Shown: positions 10,675-22,386 of the stretch, piece after piece
Numbering within the stretch: the stretch's first letter is position 1
Layout of the letters: every line of letters begins with the position of its first letter
Position numbers and translations under genes: made by a program
Assembly (NCBI RefSeq): GCF_000281045.1
Contig: NW_008246138.1
Location: 160,734 to 224,733, forward strand
DNA from: Saprolegnia diclina VS20
Lineage: Eukaryota
Direction of reading: 5' to 3'
DNA length: 64,000 nt
The notes under the pieces: generated by a model
Told to the model about the DNA's origin: nothing
The model's database searches: none
The model's input: only the letters and a program-made list of their open reading frames with translations

Positions 10675-12110
10675 CTACGTGACCGTGGCCAGGAGGGTCA
10701 TGACGCCGGCGCCAGCGACAAATAGAAGCAGCTTTTGCATCGTCGACGTCGCTTCTTGCGCGTGCTCGTCCGACATCTCGTGGAACGCGAGGTAGATGAA
10801 GCTGCCCGAGCCAATGCCCAGCGCGATGGCCTGTGCCCACTGCGCCGCCGCGCCTTGGAGCTGCGACGTGAGCAACATGCCGAGGACAATGCCCAACGGC
10901 GTCATGAAGCTGTACAAGACGAGCACTGCGATGGAGCGCGAAGCGTTCACGCTCTCTTTGGCCTTGGCAAAGTTGGCGCCGACAGCAATGGCTTCGATAA
11001 ACTACAGCGCCGTCGAGTCGCTCGAGGTTTAAACAGCAAAAACGTACCTTGTGGCTGACGATGGCGAGGGCCGTTGCGATCGCCGTGCGACTCAGCTGCG
11101 AGTTCATGCCGAGCGTGAAGCCGGCAATGAGCGAGTGCAGGGAGAAGAGCGCTGCGAGGAGGTATGGCAAAAGCGCACTAGCGACCCGACGATCAGCGAA
11201 GAGGCGACATTGGAGATGTACCTCTCGCCAGAGAATACAACGTGCTCGCTAATACTGCCTTCAACGTGCGCGTGGACGTGCGGGTCGGCGCCGCAGCGCC
11301 CATGGGGCTCCTCCGCCACCTCGACGACACTCTACGCGCAAGGTCGTGAAAAAGGTTCGTGCGTCGACGCGATCGGACTTGGTTGGCGCGCAAGACCACG
11401 TCGACGTCCGTCGCTTGCTTCGAGTGCTTGACGAGCGCCGACGTCTCGAGTATCGTCTTGTCGCACGAGCAGCTTCCGGTACCGTAGGACGGCCCTACCG
11501 CAGAGCGTCTCAGCGATGACATTAGCAATGCAGAGCTACCTTCGTGCGCACCCAAGGGGCTCGCAAAATGTCGCGGCGAGAGCGACCGATGGTACGTCGA
11601 CGACGCAGAGTACGTGCGCGACCGGCGCTCGACGCCGTAGGATGCGATCGAGGGCACGTGGATCTTGCACAAGCTCGTCTCGTCTATAAGAGCATCAGCA
11701 CCACGTTCTTACTAACCGGCATTTCGCCTACAATTGGGCTTGGCAGCAGCAGCGACCGCCATCATTTTGCCCGAGTCGCCCAAGTTGAGCAAGTCGACAG
11801 CCCAAATAAGCATGCAGCCGACGCAGGCAAGCACGTAGATAGTTGGAAAGTCCGACGGCTTGACGCCGACGGGCGTGACCATGGCGAGGTACTTGGCGTA
11901 GTGGTGCACTGCGTCCGGGAGCAAGTGGATCATGCCCGTGCTGAGGAAGACGCCGGCCGTGAGGTACGGCAGCTTGTGCTGGATGAGGCCGTTGAGGCCC
12001 GACGATGTCGGCGTCTGCGCCGAGACGAAGAGCGGTAGCAGCGAGAAGATGACCGTGAGCACGAGCAGCACGATGCACATGAGGCTGTTGAAGACGATGA
12101 TGTCCTCCAT
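10675..12110 (-). CDS. ZIP family zinc/iron permease, multi-exon
   Basis: AGVFLSTGMIHLLPDA (TM2), LFSLHSLIAG (TM4), AIVSHK (TM5), YSFMTPLG, GSFIYLAFHEM. Confidence 0.9.
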
Positions 12111-12236
12111 CCTCGACCCCACGCCGGCCTTGCCGCGAAACTAGAATGACCACTCTCCAAGGTACGCCACCCCATTAAGTGCGTTTTCGAGCTCTCGGAT
12201 CTTTCAAGTTGATACAAAGGAAACGACAAACTCGGA

Positions 12237-13350
12237 TTATAGTTGCCCGCAATCGACAATGACAGCTTCATGGCCAGGAAGGGGCTTGCCGGTGGCCGTC
12301 GTGGTTGCTTGCTCGATGGCCAAGACGGCGTCGAGACCTTGGATCACTTGGCCAAAGACAACGTGCTTGTCGTTGAGATGCAAGAGCGGTGCGCGGGTGG
12401 TGATGAAAAACTAACACCATTCATAGGCGTCATCGTACACTATACGGAGGGTGCGCACCTGCGACGTGTTGGTGTTTTTGCCCTTGTTGGCGAGCGAGAG
12501 CAGTCCGATGCGGTCGTGCTGAAGGAACCGCTCGTCCTTGAAGTGGCCCCACGCATTGCCATGCGGTGTGTTGGCATAGATCGAAGCACCGCCCGTGCCA
12601 TCGCCCTTGGTGATGTCTAATGCGCTAGTGAGGCGACGTTGTCGTAACAGCACTGTACCGCCGCCTTGAATCATAAAGTTTTTGATGATGCGATGGAACT
12701 GCGAGCCTTTGAAGTGCAGCCCGCGCCCCTACGCACGTGGTAGTCTCAGTGCATTCAACGAGACACGACTGCACCTTCTCGCCCGTGCACAAGCAGCGAA
12801 AGTTCTCGGCTGCGAGCGGCACAACGTCGTCGAGGAGCCGCATCACGACGCGGTGCGTCTGCTCGTGGTAGGCAATATCGAAATATACTGTCGGGTGCGC
12901 CTCGGTCGTCAGCGGCGCCAGGTCCGGAAGCGGCGCGGGACAGTACTTGGCCCGCAGCTTCTCAAAGAGCTCGGCCTCGCGCCCCATGTGCTTGCGGACC
13001 ACCGCGTCAACCTCTGTCAGCTTGGTCGGGTTGAACTCCTCGTAGAACGCTCGGACGCGGTCGTGCATGGTTGCCGCTGGCGCTTTGGCTGCTGCAGATG
13101 CATTGGGTGTTGGCGCCTTGGTCGTTGCGGGCGCAGTCGTCGTCGGTGTCTTGGCACTTGAGGCGCTGCTCGTCGGGGCTTGGCGCTGCTGCTGACGGTG
13201 CGACGCCCACGTCTCCTTGGTCCTTGCGAGGAATGAAGTAGATTCTTGCGGCGTCTTATTCGATGCTTTCGCAGCCAACGTCTCTGCGCGCGAGGCTTCC
13301 CACGCCGTGCGCGAGAAGGCGCGGAAGCTCGCACCAGGGATCTCGGCCAT
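12237..13350 (-). CDS. Cyclophilin-type peptidyl-prolyl isomerase with N-terminal extension, 3 introns
   Basis: [66 protein letters not shown]. Confidence 0.93.
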
Positions 13351-13492
13351 TTTGCACCAACTGTTGCATTCGCGAGTTGGCCGGGACCTCCCACATTCGA
13401 TAATACAATATCGAATGACAGAGGTTAAAACAAAGCCGCGTGGGGACCAAATATTATTTGCAGCAATTGTAGAATTTTCCAGTGGAATTATT

Positions 13493-13627
13493 ATCTTTGC
13501 GCTTGGGGCAATACGATAGTGTGTGAAGCTTATGCTGATGCATCGTGATTGCTAGTTGAAAACTAATCCAACCCCCGTGAGCACGCCCACTGGGCGGGCT
13601 TCAATTTATGATATCCCCTCGGGGATT
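13493..13627 (+). ncRNA. U4: U4 spliceosomal snRNA
   Basis: 5' ATCTTTGCGCTTGGGGCAAT (U6 stem II, plant/fungal-type start); K-turn stem-loop with tandem GA pairs; TGCTAGTTGAAAACT (stem I); ACCCCC; central hairpin; Sm-like site AATTTATG at 13603-13610; terminal hairpin ATCCCC-TC-GGGGAT. Confidence 0.93.
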
Positions 13628-13710
13628 ACCTCCACTGCCAACCCCATTTGTCCACTTCTCTCCTGCTCCAATTACTTTTACCAGATCTTATTTCTGTGAA
13701 ACTTGTCAAA

Positions 13711-13756
13711 CATTTTGCGCTTCAATCATCCATTTTGCGATTCGATCATCCATTTT
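13711..13756. repeat. Short imperfect tandem repeat, 20-nt unit x ~2.3
   Basis: CATTTTGCGCTTCAATCATC / CATTTTGCGATTCGATCATC / CATTTT, between U4 and the 3' end of the NDK-like gene. Confidence 0.7.
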
Positions 13757-13772
13757 CTCGTTTATGTACAAG

Positions 13773-16700
13773 TCACTCGAGCACGTGGCTGCGCACGGCG
13801 ACGGCGACGGCCTCGGTGGCCCCATCGGCCGGAATTTCAACCACCGGCAGCGTCTCGTTGCGGCGACAGTAGTGCAGCAGCGGGGCAAACTCGAGTGCAA
13901 ACTCATCCGCGCGCGCGTGCACGAGGCGCATGTCGCCCCCGCAGCGCTCAAGCAGCGCGTTGGCCGAACACGTGAGATGCAAGAGCTACAGGCACAGCTC
14001 TGTCGTCAATTTGTCATTGTCAAAAAAGTGTACCTTGCGCAAGGGGCCCACCGCGGTTGAAACGATCGCAAGCTGCTCCTGAACGTACGGCTTGGTGACG
14101 CCAACGACCCGCGGGTACCCCGTCACGACAACGACGTGCGCGATGCGTTGGCGCAGGGCCTCGCGCAGCAGCTGCGCTACGAGGGCCGAGTCTTGAACAG
14201 CCGCGGGCGTCGAGAAGGCGCGCGCGTGCACTTCGAGGAGATGCGGCACGTGCAAATGCACTGCGTGATGCGACGTGGCGACCGCGAGCGATAGAGGGGC
14301 GACCACATCGTGGCCGATCGCGAGCACGACGCGCGGCCGGATCGCGTCGCTAATGGGCGCGTACACGCGGGGCAAGTGTACAAATGTCAAGGGTCGCAGC
14401 CGTGGTCCGGCAAAGTGGCGCAGGAGCTTGTCAAACTCGGGCTCGGGCGCGTTCTTCTTGCGCGCGCGCTCGTCTTCGTCGGACGAGTAGTAGTCCTCGT
14501 CCGTCGGCTCGTGTGGCACCACGCGTACCTTGCGGTGCAGCACAAAGACGTTCTCAATCGGGCAGCCAACCGCTTCGAATTGCTCGGCCTAACCGCGACT
14601 CGAGTTAGTAGGAGACAAGAATATGTCAGTCGCAACACCTCGGCGAGCGACCGCGGAAACCCGACGAGCAGGACTTGCTTGCCCACGCGTCGCCGCAGGA
14701 GAAAGCAAAGAAGCGAAACGACGTCGCCCGAGGCGTACGCGCGCATCGACGCCGTAATGTCGTTCATATGCAGCACGAGGTGACGCGGCAGGCGCGCTTG
14801 GAGCGCTGCAGTCTCCACGTCGCTCAGGTCAAAGTCGCCAAGCACAATCGAGACGGACCATTGGCACAAGGTTGACAAGACGATAGCGTCGTTGGGTCCC
14901 TCGACGGTGACGATAGCCGCACCGGCTGCCAACGGCGCCATGGCCTCGGGCACCAAGGTCTCGGACGCTGCCTGGAGCACAAAGGCGGGTGTGGATGCGA
15001 GCACGCCAAGCATCGACGCCGCCTACAGCATCGATTTGGATATGTGTCCGTACCACAACGTCTCACCTGCGCGCTGGTTTGGGGAAACGCTTCCAGAAGC
15101 ACTTGGCGATTTTGTTTTTGAGCCAAGTACCGCTGCAAGACTGCAAGCACCAAGGCGTCGGGGACAGGCTCGTTGTGTGCGACATGGGCTTCGATGGCCT
15201 CTCCGTCCAGCGACCGCTTGAGCACCTCGGCACGCAAGACATCTTTGACGTTCAAGACCGTGTAGCCGCGAGTTCTGGCTGCGTCCTTCGCCCACGGCAG
15301 GTCCATCGAGAGCACGCCCACTGCGGGTGCCAAGAGCGGCGCCAGTACAGTGCAGAGATGTTCCAAGGACGTCGGACCCGGCAGCCACTGGTGGTACAGC
15401 CGACCGAGTCCGAGGCACTGCTTCTCAAAGGCACTTGATGCGCGCATCGGACTGTCGAGCGGCTCCGTGTCCAAAACGAGCACGAGGGGGTGCGGCGTCG
15501 CGCCAACGTGACACTGGAGCGCGCTTAGAAAGGTTTCGTTGCGCGTGAAGACGGGGAGGTGCAACAGCAGGCACCGAGGGCCTGTCACACTCGCGTCAAA
15601 CAGCGAGAGCAGCAGCTGCTGCGGAATCTGCTCCCCCGTTTCGACAAACGGTCCGAGCACTGGCTGGGATCGCCGTGCTTCGCGCTTGAGTTGGGTGCGC
15701 ACGAGGTCGTCCCAGTCGAGTACCGTCCAGCCATGGAAGGCGCCAATCGCATGCCACTGTGCTATCGGCAGCGCCGCACGGGGACCCTCGTGGACGAAGA
15801 CGAGTGTCGGTGCAAAGGCGTCGTGTAGGTCCAAAAGATATGCGGGGTTGGGCGCATCGTGCGCCGTTGCCATGTGCAGCTGGCCAAACTAACAAAGAAG
15901 CGTCGGCGTCAGCCTCGTGCATGTCAAGTTTCGTACCCGCTCAAAGAGGTCGAAAAAGTCATGTTCGTCGGGGCTTGGCGTGAACGCGCCGTCGTCGCTC
16001 ACGTACATGACCCAGGCAAACTCGGCGACGACCTACGTGCGTTAATTGCGGCTTGAAGAGGGCAGAGGGACCTTTTGAAAGGCGAGGTAAAAGCCGAGGT
16101 CGGCCGGACAGTTGTCTAAAAGCACGCGCTTGGACGTGCATCGCTTGAAGGCCTTGACGAGCACTGCGATGAGGTCCAAGCCCGGCGGCGCCTACGACGT
16201 CGCGTCAGCTTGTTCGTTGACAGCAATGGTCTACCTTGTCCAGCACAAGGTTCAAGTCCATGTAAAGGTACTTGTATTGCGCTGCAATGGCAGTCGCCAT
16301 GGCCGAGCGCTGCGGCGACGGACCATAAAAGGCCACGAGATGCAGACTGCTCAAGGATGGTACGTGAAGTTCCTTGGGCTGGGCGACTGTCGACGACGAC
16401 GGCGCGTCATACGACGGTTCGTTGTTGCCCTCGCTCTCGTCGCGATGAAGTGCTTGGCGAATGAGGTACTTGCCGAGCCACTCAGCGGCGTCGAGCGGCG
16501 GCAGCTGCGGCTGCACTTGGCAAAGCAGCGTCAGTCCCTTTGCGAGCGCATCGTGCAAAGTGGTGGTTTCGGCTTGGAATGCGCCGAGCTTCTGCGCGAG
16601 GACGCTGCTCTTGAGCGGCGCCAGCGACAGAATCGAGGCCTTGAAGACGAGGCGGAGCTCTCGCAAGGCGCTCGGGACCGAGTCGCTGCCGTGCGTTGCG

Positions 16701-18288
16701 TTTCGCGTGCCATCGATGCCAAAGCGCGCGCGGAGACTCTGCGGACTCGACGCTCGCGCAGTCGCCGAGTTGGTCGGGCCCATGCACTTGCGCCACATCG
16801 TGATCGCCTTGACCCGCGACAGCATCTAGACCCAGCTCACGTCACCTGGTTCATAGACTGACATTACCATCGCCACGATCGGGCCGCTCGACATGTACGC
16901 GATGAGCGTCGGAAAGAAGGGTTTACCCTAATCCTCGATGAGATCTTAGTGCCAATAGATGTATACCTCGTGCTCGGCGTAGAACGCCATGGCGTCCTCG
17001 CGGCTCCAGTGCTGCGTTGCCTGAGCTTGGATTTCGAAACCGAGTTCGCGAATCCGCGACTGGATGGCGGCGATGGTCTCGAATGACGCGCCGGGCTTGA
17101 TCATGGCGTACGTCGTCTCTGGCTAAGACCCAATGAGTCTCGAGAGCAGAGTACATGCACGTACGAGAAGGGCAGCGAAGCCGGGGAACCACTTGGTGAG
17201 CGCGCTCGGAGATAGGACGTCGAGGACGTTGTGCACGACGGACGAGCCCATGCGCGCTCTGAGGCTCTGAGGAAAGAACTGCTTCGCCTCCGTGGGGTCG
17301 AGGGGCCCGAGGAGAAGCGCCAGCTAGATTCATACACTGGATTCTGGCAACGAATCCCGCCAAGTACTCTACCTTGGTTGTCGCCTCGAGACCTTCCACG
17401 ATCAGAATGCGACTCCGGCCTTCTTTGGCGACGCTGCCGAGCTCGCTCATGTAGGCTCCGTCGTCGGGATACGCTGCAATGAGCGCAACGTCATCGTCGT
17501 CCAGCACCGTCTACGCGCTCCATTGGTCGTGTACTAGGGTGTGCACCGTACGTCGATTTGGTCGAGAACATACAAGGCGTGCAACTAACGAGGAAAAGGC
17601 TATCATATCAGAGAGCGCAGCGAAACCAACCTCCAACAAGGCGCTGATCGCATCGAGAAAGCCCGTCGCCGACGGCTTGAGCAATACGAGCGCCCGATCC
17701 ATGCGCGGTCGCGCCGGCGGAAACAAAACATCCTTGTCCCGCACCGCGCAGGCCGCCGTGGCGCTGCCGTAGAACGCATTGCGCAGCAAGGACGACCCGT
17801 GGAGCGCTCGCAGCGGCGGCTTGGCTGCCGCCACCTTTTTGGCCGCGACGGGGTCGGCAGGGCCCATGACGGTGTTCCAGTACTCTATCACGACGATGCA
17901 GAGATCGAAAAAGGGCGAGCAGCCGTCGTACCGACAGCTTGCTCGCGAGCGAGGAGGAGCGCCATACACGGCCCGCTGGTCATGAACGCAAGGGTATCTT
18001 CAAACGTTGGCTCTTCCCAGCGGTCACTGTCCAGCGCACCATGACAACAAGGCGACAACGTGGCACCGCGTACCGCATCATCTCGCGGACCTGCGCGCGC
18101 GTTAGCACGACGAGCCGCTTCGCCTCGACGACGAAGCCTTCATCCTTGATCCGCTTCAGGACGTCGTCCACGACCTTGCCGCTGCCGGGCGGTACCTCCA
18201 CGAGGCCGTCGGGGCCGACGACGACCTTGAAGCCGGTCGCAATGTCGGGCTTGAGCAGGCCAATCGTCCACGACACCGTTGAGGCCAT
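13773..18288 (-). CDS. Multidomain nucleoside diphosphate kinase (3 NDK domains) + Dpy-30 motif + several degenerate adenylate-kinase-like modules; probably flagellar
   Basis: TIGLLKPD...VMGPADP...LRALHGSSLLRNAFYGS (NDK1); ALVLLKPS...GPSTPTEAK...SLRARMG (NDK2); TYAMIKP...FFPTLIAYMSSGP...MGPTNS...RFGIDGTRNATHGSDS (NDK3); LAKGLTLLCQVQP...EWLGKYL (Dpy-30); LNVKDVLRAEV...VLLEAFPQTSAQ and VLLVGFPRSLAE (AK-like). I did not verify every junction, so this could be two genes. Confidence 0.72.
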
Positions 18289-18387
18289 CTCGACCTTTCG
18301 CAAGATCCCAACTTCAACGCTTCCCACTTTAGCTCCAAACTCAATCTCAAAACGGTTTTTTAGCGCTCCAATTCAAAAACGCGCAGC

Positions 18388-19484
18388 TCAGGCGCACGCG
18401 AGGCTTTCGTTGGGCACGTCCGTGACAAACATGTGCCCCGGCGCATGCGTGATCGCAAAAGCCTACGCACATTCCAAGTAGTTGCAACTGGAGGCAGGAC
18501 GGGGTACCGGTCGGCTCGCGAGCAGAACCGCTTGGGGCGTGACGCCGCAGGCCCAAAACACTGGGACCTACGTGCTACTGAGTATCGAGAACAACAACTC
18601 TGAGAGCGTACTTCGCCATCTCGGATCGTCACTGCGTCGCCATAGTCGGGCTTGTTGACGTCCGCGATGCCAATATCCGCGGGCGACCCCATGTGCACGG
18701 GGCTGCCTCGATATTCGTTACCAATGGCAAGGAAGAGACAATGCGCACCTGCCGTGGACGTTGGGGTATCGACCAGTGATCATCGCCGCTTTGATGGCGT
18801 CGGCGGGCTTGTATGGGCGCATGCTCACGACGAGGTTACCTGTCGCATGACGCTGTAGAGATCCGATGGCGCAGGATGCTAGGCGCACCAGAGAAGACGC
18901 CAGCGGGATCGCAAGGGATGTTGGTGCGGTACATGGGCACGTTGCACTTCTTCTCCAAGTGGCGCACGCGAAGCCCCGCGTTTTCCAGCGCGCCTTCGAA
19001 GCTGAAGGAGCATCCGAGCAAGAACGTGACAAAGTCCTAGCGCAACGTATCAGCTTCAGCCATCGTTCACTATGGCATTACGTCTTTCCAGTAGTCGCGA
19101 ATGTCGGTGACTTCGGCCGTGAGCTGACCGTGCTCGTAAATGCGGTACTTGGGCAGGTCGGTGCGGATGTCCGAGCCAGGCGCCGTGCGCTTCATCTCGG
19201 CGCAGCCCACATCGCTAACCTCCTATGCCATGCGATTGGCTCTGGTTGAGAGAAACGAGCATGTTACGAGGAGCGGGCACGGCTTGGGATTGCGCTGGCA
19301 GAACAAGAGAAAGTCGTACGCGTGCTCCTTGGGCAGGATGACGAGGTTCGCCTGCGACGCCGCCATGGGCCACACCAGCGACGGAGTCAATGCGTACCTG
19401 CGCGTACCCCGGGGCATACCCGGCCGAGTTGGTCGTCAAGTTGCCGCGGCGGCACTCGGCGCGGACCTCGGACGGCGTCAGCAT
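18388..19484 (-). CDS. Putative hydro-lyase / D-glutamate cyclase family (DUF1445, YcsI-like), multi-exon
   Basis: [92 protein letters not shown]. Confidence 0.92.
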
Positions 19485-19882
19485 CGCACCAGATTCGTTG
19501 CTGGTTGCACTTTGGAAAAGAGCACCCAGTATGCCTCCATCAAGTAGGTGCGCTTTTCCTGCAAATCACTTTCCCATTTCTAAACAGGAACGATGACGCT
19601 ATTTGCGTCTCGAACCTTGGCACATTATATAGTGTGAAAAGGGAAATGGCCCTCGCAGGCAATCCTGCTGGTCCTGGTGCTAGATGGGCGCGTGTGCGGC
19701 TTCCAAACATCATTTGCAATGCGTCTATGTATATTCCATCGCATTGTCTTGCTTTCATGCAAGCCCAACGTTTGCTGCCCACAACACATCCCCGCATGCT
19801 GCCCTAAATAGTGTGCGACCAGGAGGATACTTCTTTCTGTTGATGCAGCAGTCGAGATTGCACTTGAGATATTGCGGTTCGG

Positions 19883-20862
19883 ATGAGCTTGAGCAAGCCG
19901 ATGAAGACGCTGGCGACGGCAACGTCGGCGGCCGTCGGGGGCTGCGCGGCCTCGGTGATCTTGTACCCTCTGGATACGCTCAAGACGCGCATGCAGTCGC
20001 AGGCCAAGGGCGACGAGAAGACGCCGCTGGACCTCTCGCTCTACAAGGGCGTCGGCTACAAGGCGGCGCAGTCGACGCTCTCCAAGTTCCTCTACTTTTA
20101 CGCGTACACGAGCATGGCCAACGCTCTGACGTCCAAGGACGCCAAGAGCCTCTCGACGGCCATGAACCTCGTCGTTGGGTACCTCGCCGAGCTCTTCCAC
20201 CTCCCGCTCTCCCTCCCGCTCGAGGTCATCATCACGCGCATGCAGACGACGAAAGGCGACACCAAGCAGAGCTTTTTGCAGCTACTGCAGACCATGTGGG
20301 ACGAGAACAATGGTCAGCTCGCGGGCTTCTACAAGGGCTTCTCAGCCTACTTTGTGCTCTGCCTCCAGCCCGCGATCCAATTCACGGCCTTTGAGCAGGT
20401 CAAGAAGCTCTACTTGAAGAGCAAGGCGTCGTCGTCCTTGTCGGCAATCGAGGTGCGTTGTGTGCTCAGCGAAACATTGCATCACTATCTCTGGCATTGC
20501 ATAGGCGTTTATGCTCGGCGCTGCTGCCCGCTCGCTGGCGACCCTTGTTGTCTTTCCGTACATTCGCGCCAAGGTCATCATGCAGGCCAAAGCCAATGCT
20601 GCTGCAGGCGATTCGACGCCGCCCGAGACGATCCCGTCCATCTTGCAGCGCCTTGTCCGCGACGAAGGTATCGGGTCGCTCTACCGCGGCCTCTATCCCG
20701 AGCTCACCAAGGTACAATTACAAAGAAGCCCAAACGACGCTTGTTGCTGACACTGGGTTGTAGGGCGCCCTCTCGGCGGCCTTTATGCTCATGGTCAAAG
20801 AGAAGATCGAGGCCTACGTGACGCTCTCGATCATGCTCACGCAAATATACATGTCGAGTTAG
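19883..20862 (+). CDS. Mitochondrial-carrier-family protein, peroxisomal adenine nucleotide carrier (ANT1/PMP34-like), 2 introns
   Basis: YPLDTLKTRMQ, LPLEVIITRMQ, FYKGFSAYFVLCLQPAIQFTAFEQVK, FPYIRAKVIMQ, LYRGLYPELTK|GALSAAFMLMVKEKI. Confidence 0.88.
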
Positions 20863-22386
20863 AGCGCCTTGAGCTGGCGCACGATCGCTTCGGTGCGCGC
20901 GGCGTCGCCTTGCTTGGTGTAGAGTTTTGCCTAAAAAATGATCATCCGAATGGTGGTTTGGAAGAGCTGTGGTACGAGCGACTTGAGCGTCGTTTTCGCC
21001 GCCGGGTCGAGGGCGTGCGCCGTCTGAAGCCATAGCTCGGCCTTGGCGTAGTCGTGGGACCGGATAAAGGCCTCGCCGAGCAGCGCCATCATTGGTGCCT
21101 TCAGCGCAGCGAGCGAGACGCGCAAGTACAAGGCTTCTTCGAGCCTACCGCATGCGATCAGACTCTTGCAATGCTAGTCGTTTATGATACCACGGAATGG
21201 CGCTGCTAGGTTCGTTCTTGGTGAACAGCGCCCGAGCGTGGTCGAGGTAGATCTCAAAGACTGCAGCCACAGTCGCACAGTCGTCGGGCGCACGCGCCAA
21301 AGCGTAGCCGGCCAAACGCTGCAAGTCCTAGTCCACGCATCATAAATCTGCGGATATGGCTGTGGCATGGGTCGCACGGGGTGCGGGTACGTGACGTGGT
21401 AGCTCCACTGCTGCGCCAAGTCGAGAAAGTGGGTCGCGGGCGTCGACGCGGCAGTAAAGAGCGCGTCGGCAGCAGCAATCGCAGCTTCGAGTGGCGCAGT
21501 TGGTGGCGAGAGCGGGAACTTGCGTTCGGACGGCGGCAGCACGTGGATATCCTTCTCGAGAATGGGCTGCTTCTTCCAAAGGAGCTTCTTGACGCCAGTG
21601 ATCTTGAGCGTGCCGTCGTAGAGCTGAGAGAACTCGGTGCCCATCGACACATCGTGCATCTTGTCGATCGCATTGTCGGCGATTCCAAAGAGGTCGTAGA
21701 ACTCGCGCTTGACGAAGACGCCGTTGAACGTCGTCGTGCTCACGAGCTCGTAACCAAGTTGAAGGACTCAAAAGCATGCATGTTCTATGGAACACAAATA
21801 AAGTACATTTGGTCTTGCCGAGCTCGATGAGCGCCGCGAGAGACGAACTTTGGTAGATGGACATGTCCTTGTCTTGGATAAAGGCAACGTTGTTCAGGAT
21901 CGTCGGGTTGAACTCGATCACGGCGACCTTGGGCGCGTATGTGCGCAGGCTCTCCCAGATGTGGTAGTCCGCGCCGTCAATGGCGATCGACACCAGATTC
22001 ACGTCGAGTGGCACTTCGTGCCGGGCCAGAATGGCCTCGAGCGAGTCGTGTCCGTCGAATGTGCCAAACTGGTTGACGCACGCAACGCCCGGAAACGGCG
22101 CGTACATGGTCTGCATTTCCAGAAAGGTCGGCTTCGATGAGCGCGCCGTGCCAGCCCTCTTCGTGCAAAAGCTTCCACGTGTTGGAAAGGTGCTTGCGTC
22201 CCACGCGCCAAACTCGACACACCATCGCCCGGCGCCCGACGACCGACCTTCGTGCTCGTCGAGGCGCGAAAAGACGCGCTCGAGTGCGCCGTCTTCGCCG
22301 CCCTGGGACGTGACGTTGGACGAATTCTTGATCAAATAATCATTCTCGGCGCGCTTGGCCGGTGGCGTCCGGCGACAAACCGGCAT
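20859..22386 (-). pseudogene. FkbM-like SAM methyltransferase with C-terminal TPR-like region; probable pseudogene or damaged allele
   Basis: NVTSQGGEDG, CVEFGAWD, (G)KHLSNTW...GWHGALIEAD in a shifted frame, IDGADYHIW, IEFNPT, SLAALIELGK, YELV.TT..NGVFV. Indels at about 22196 and 22126 and a lost AG acceptor at about 21755. Confidence 0.75.
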
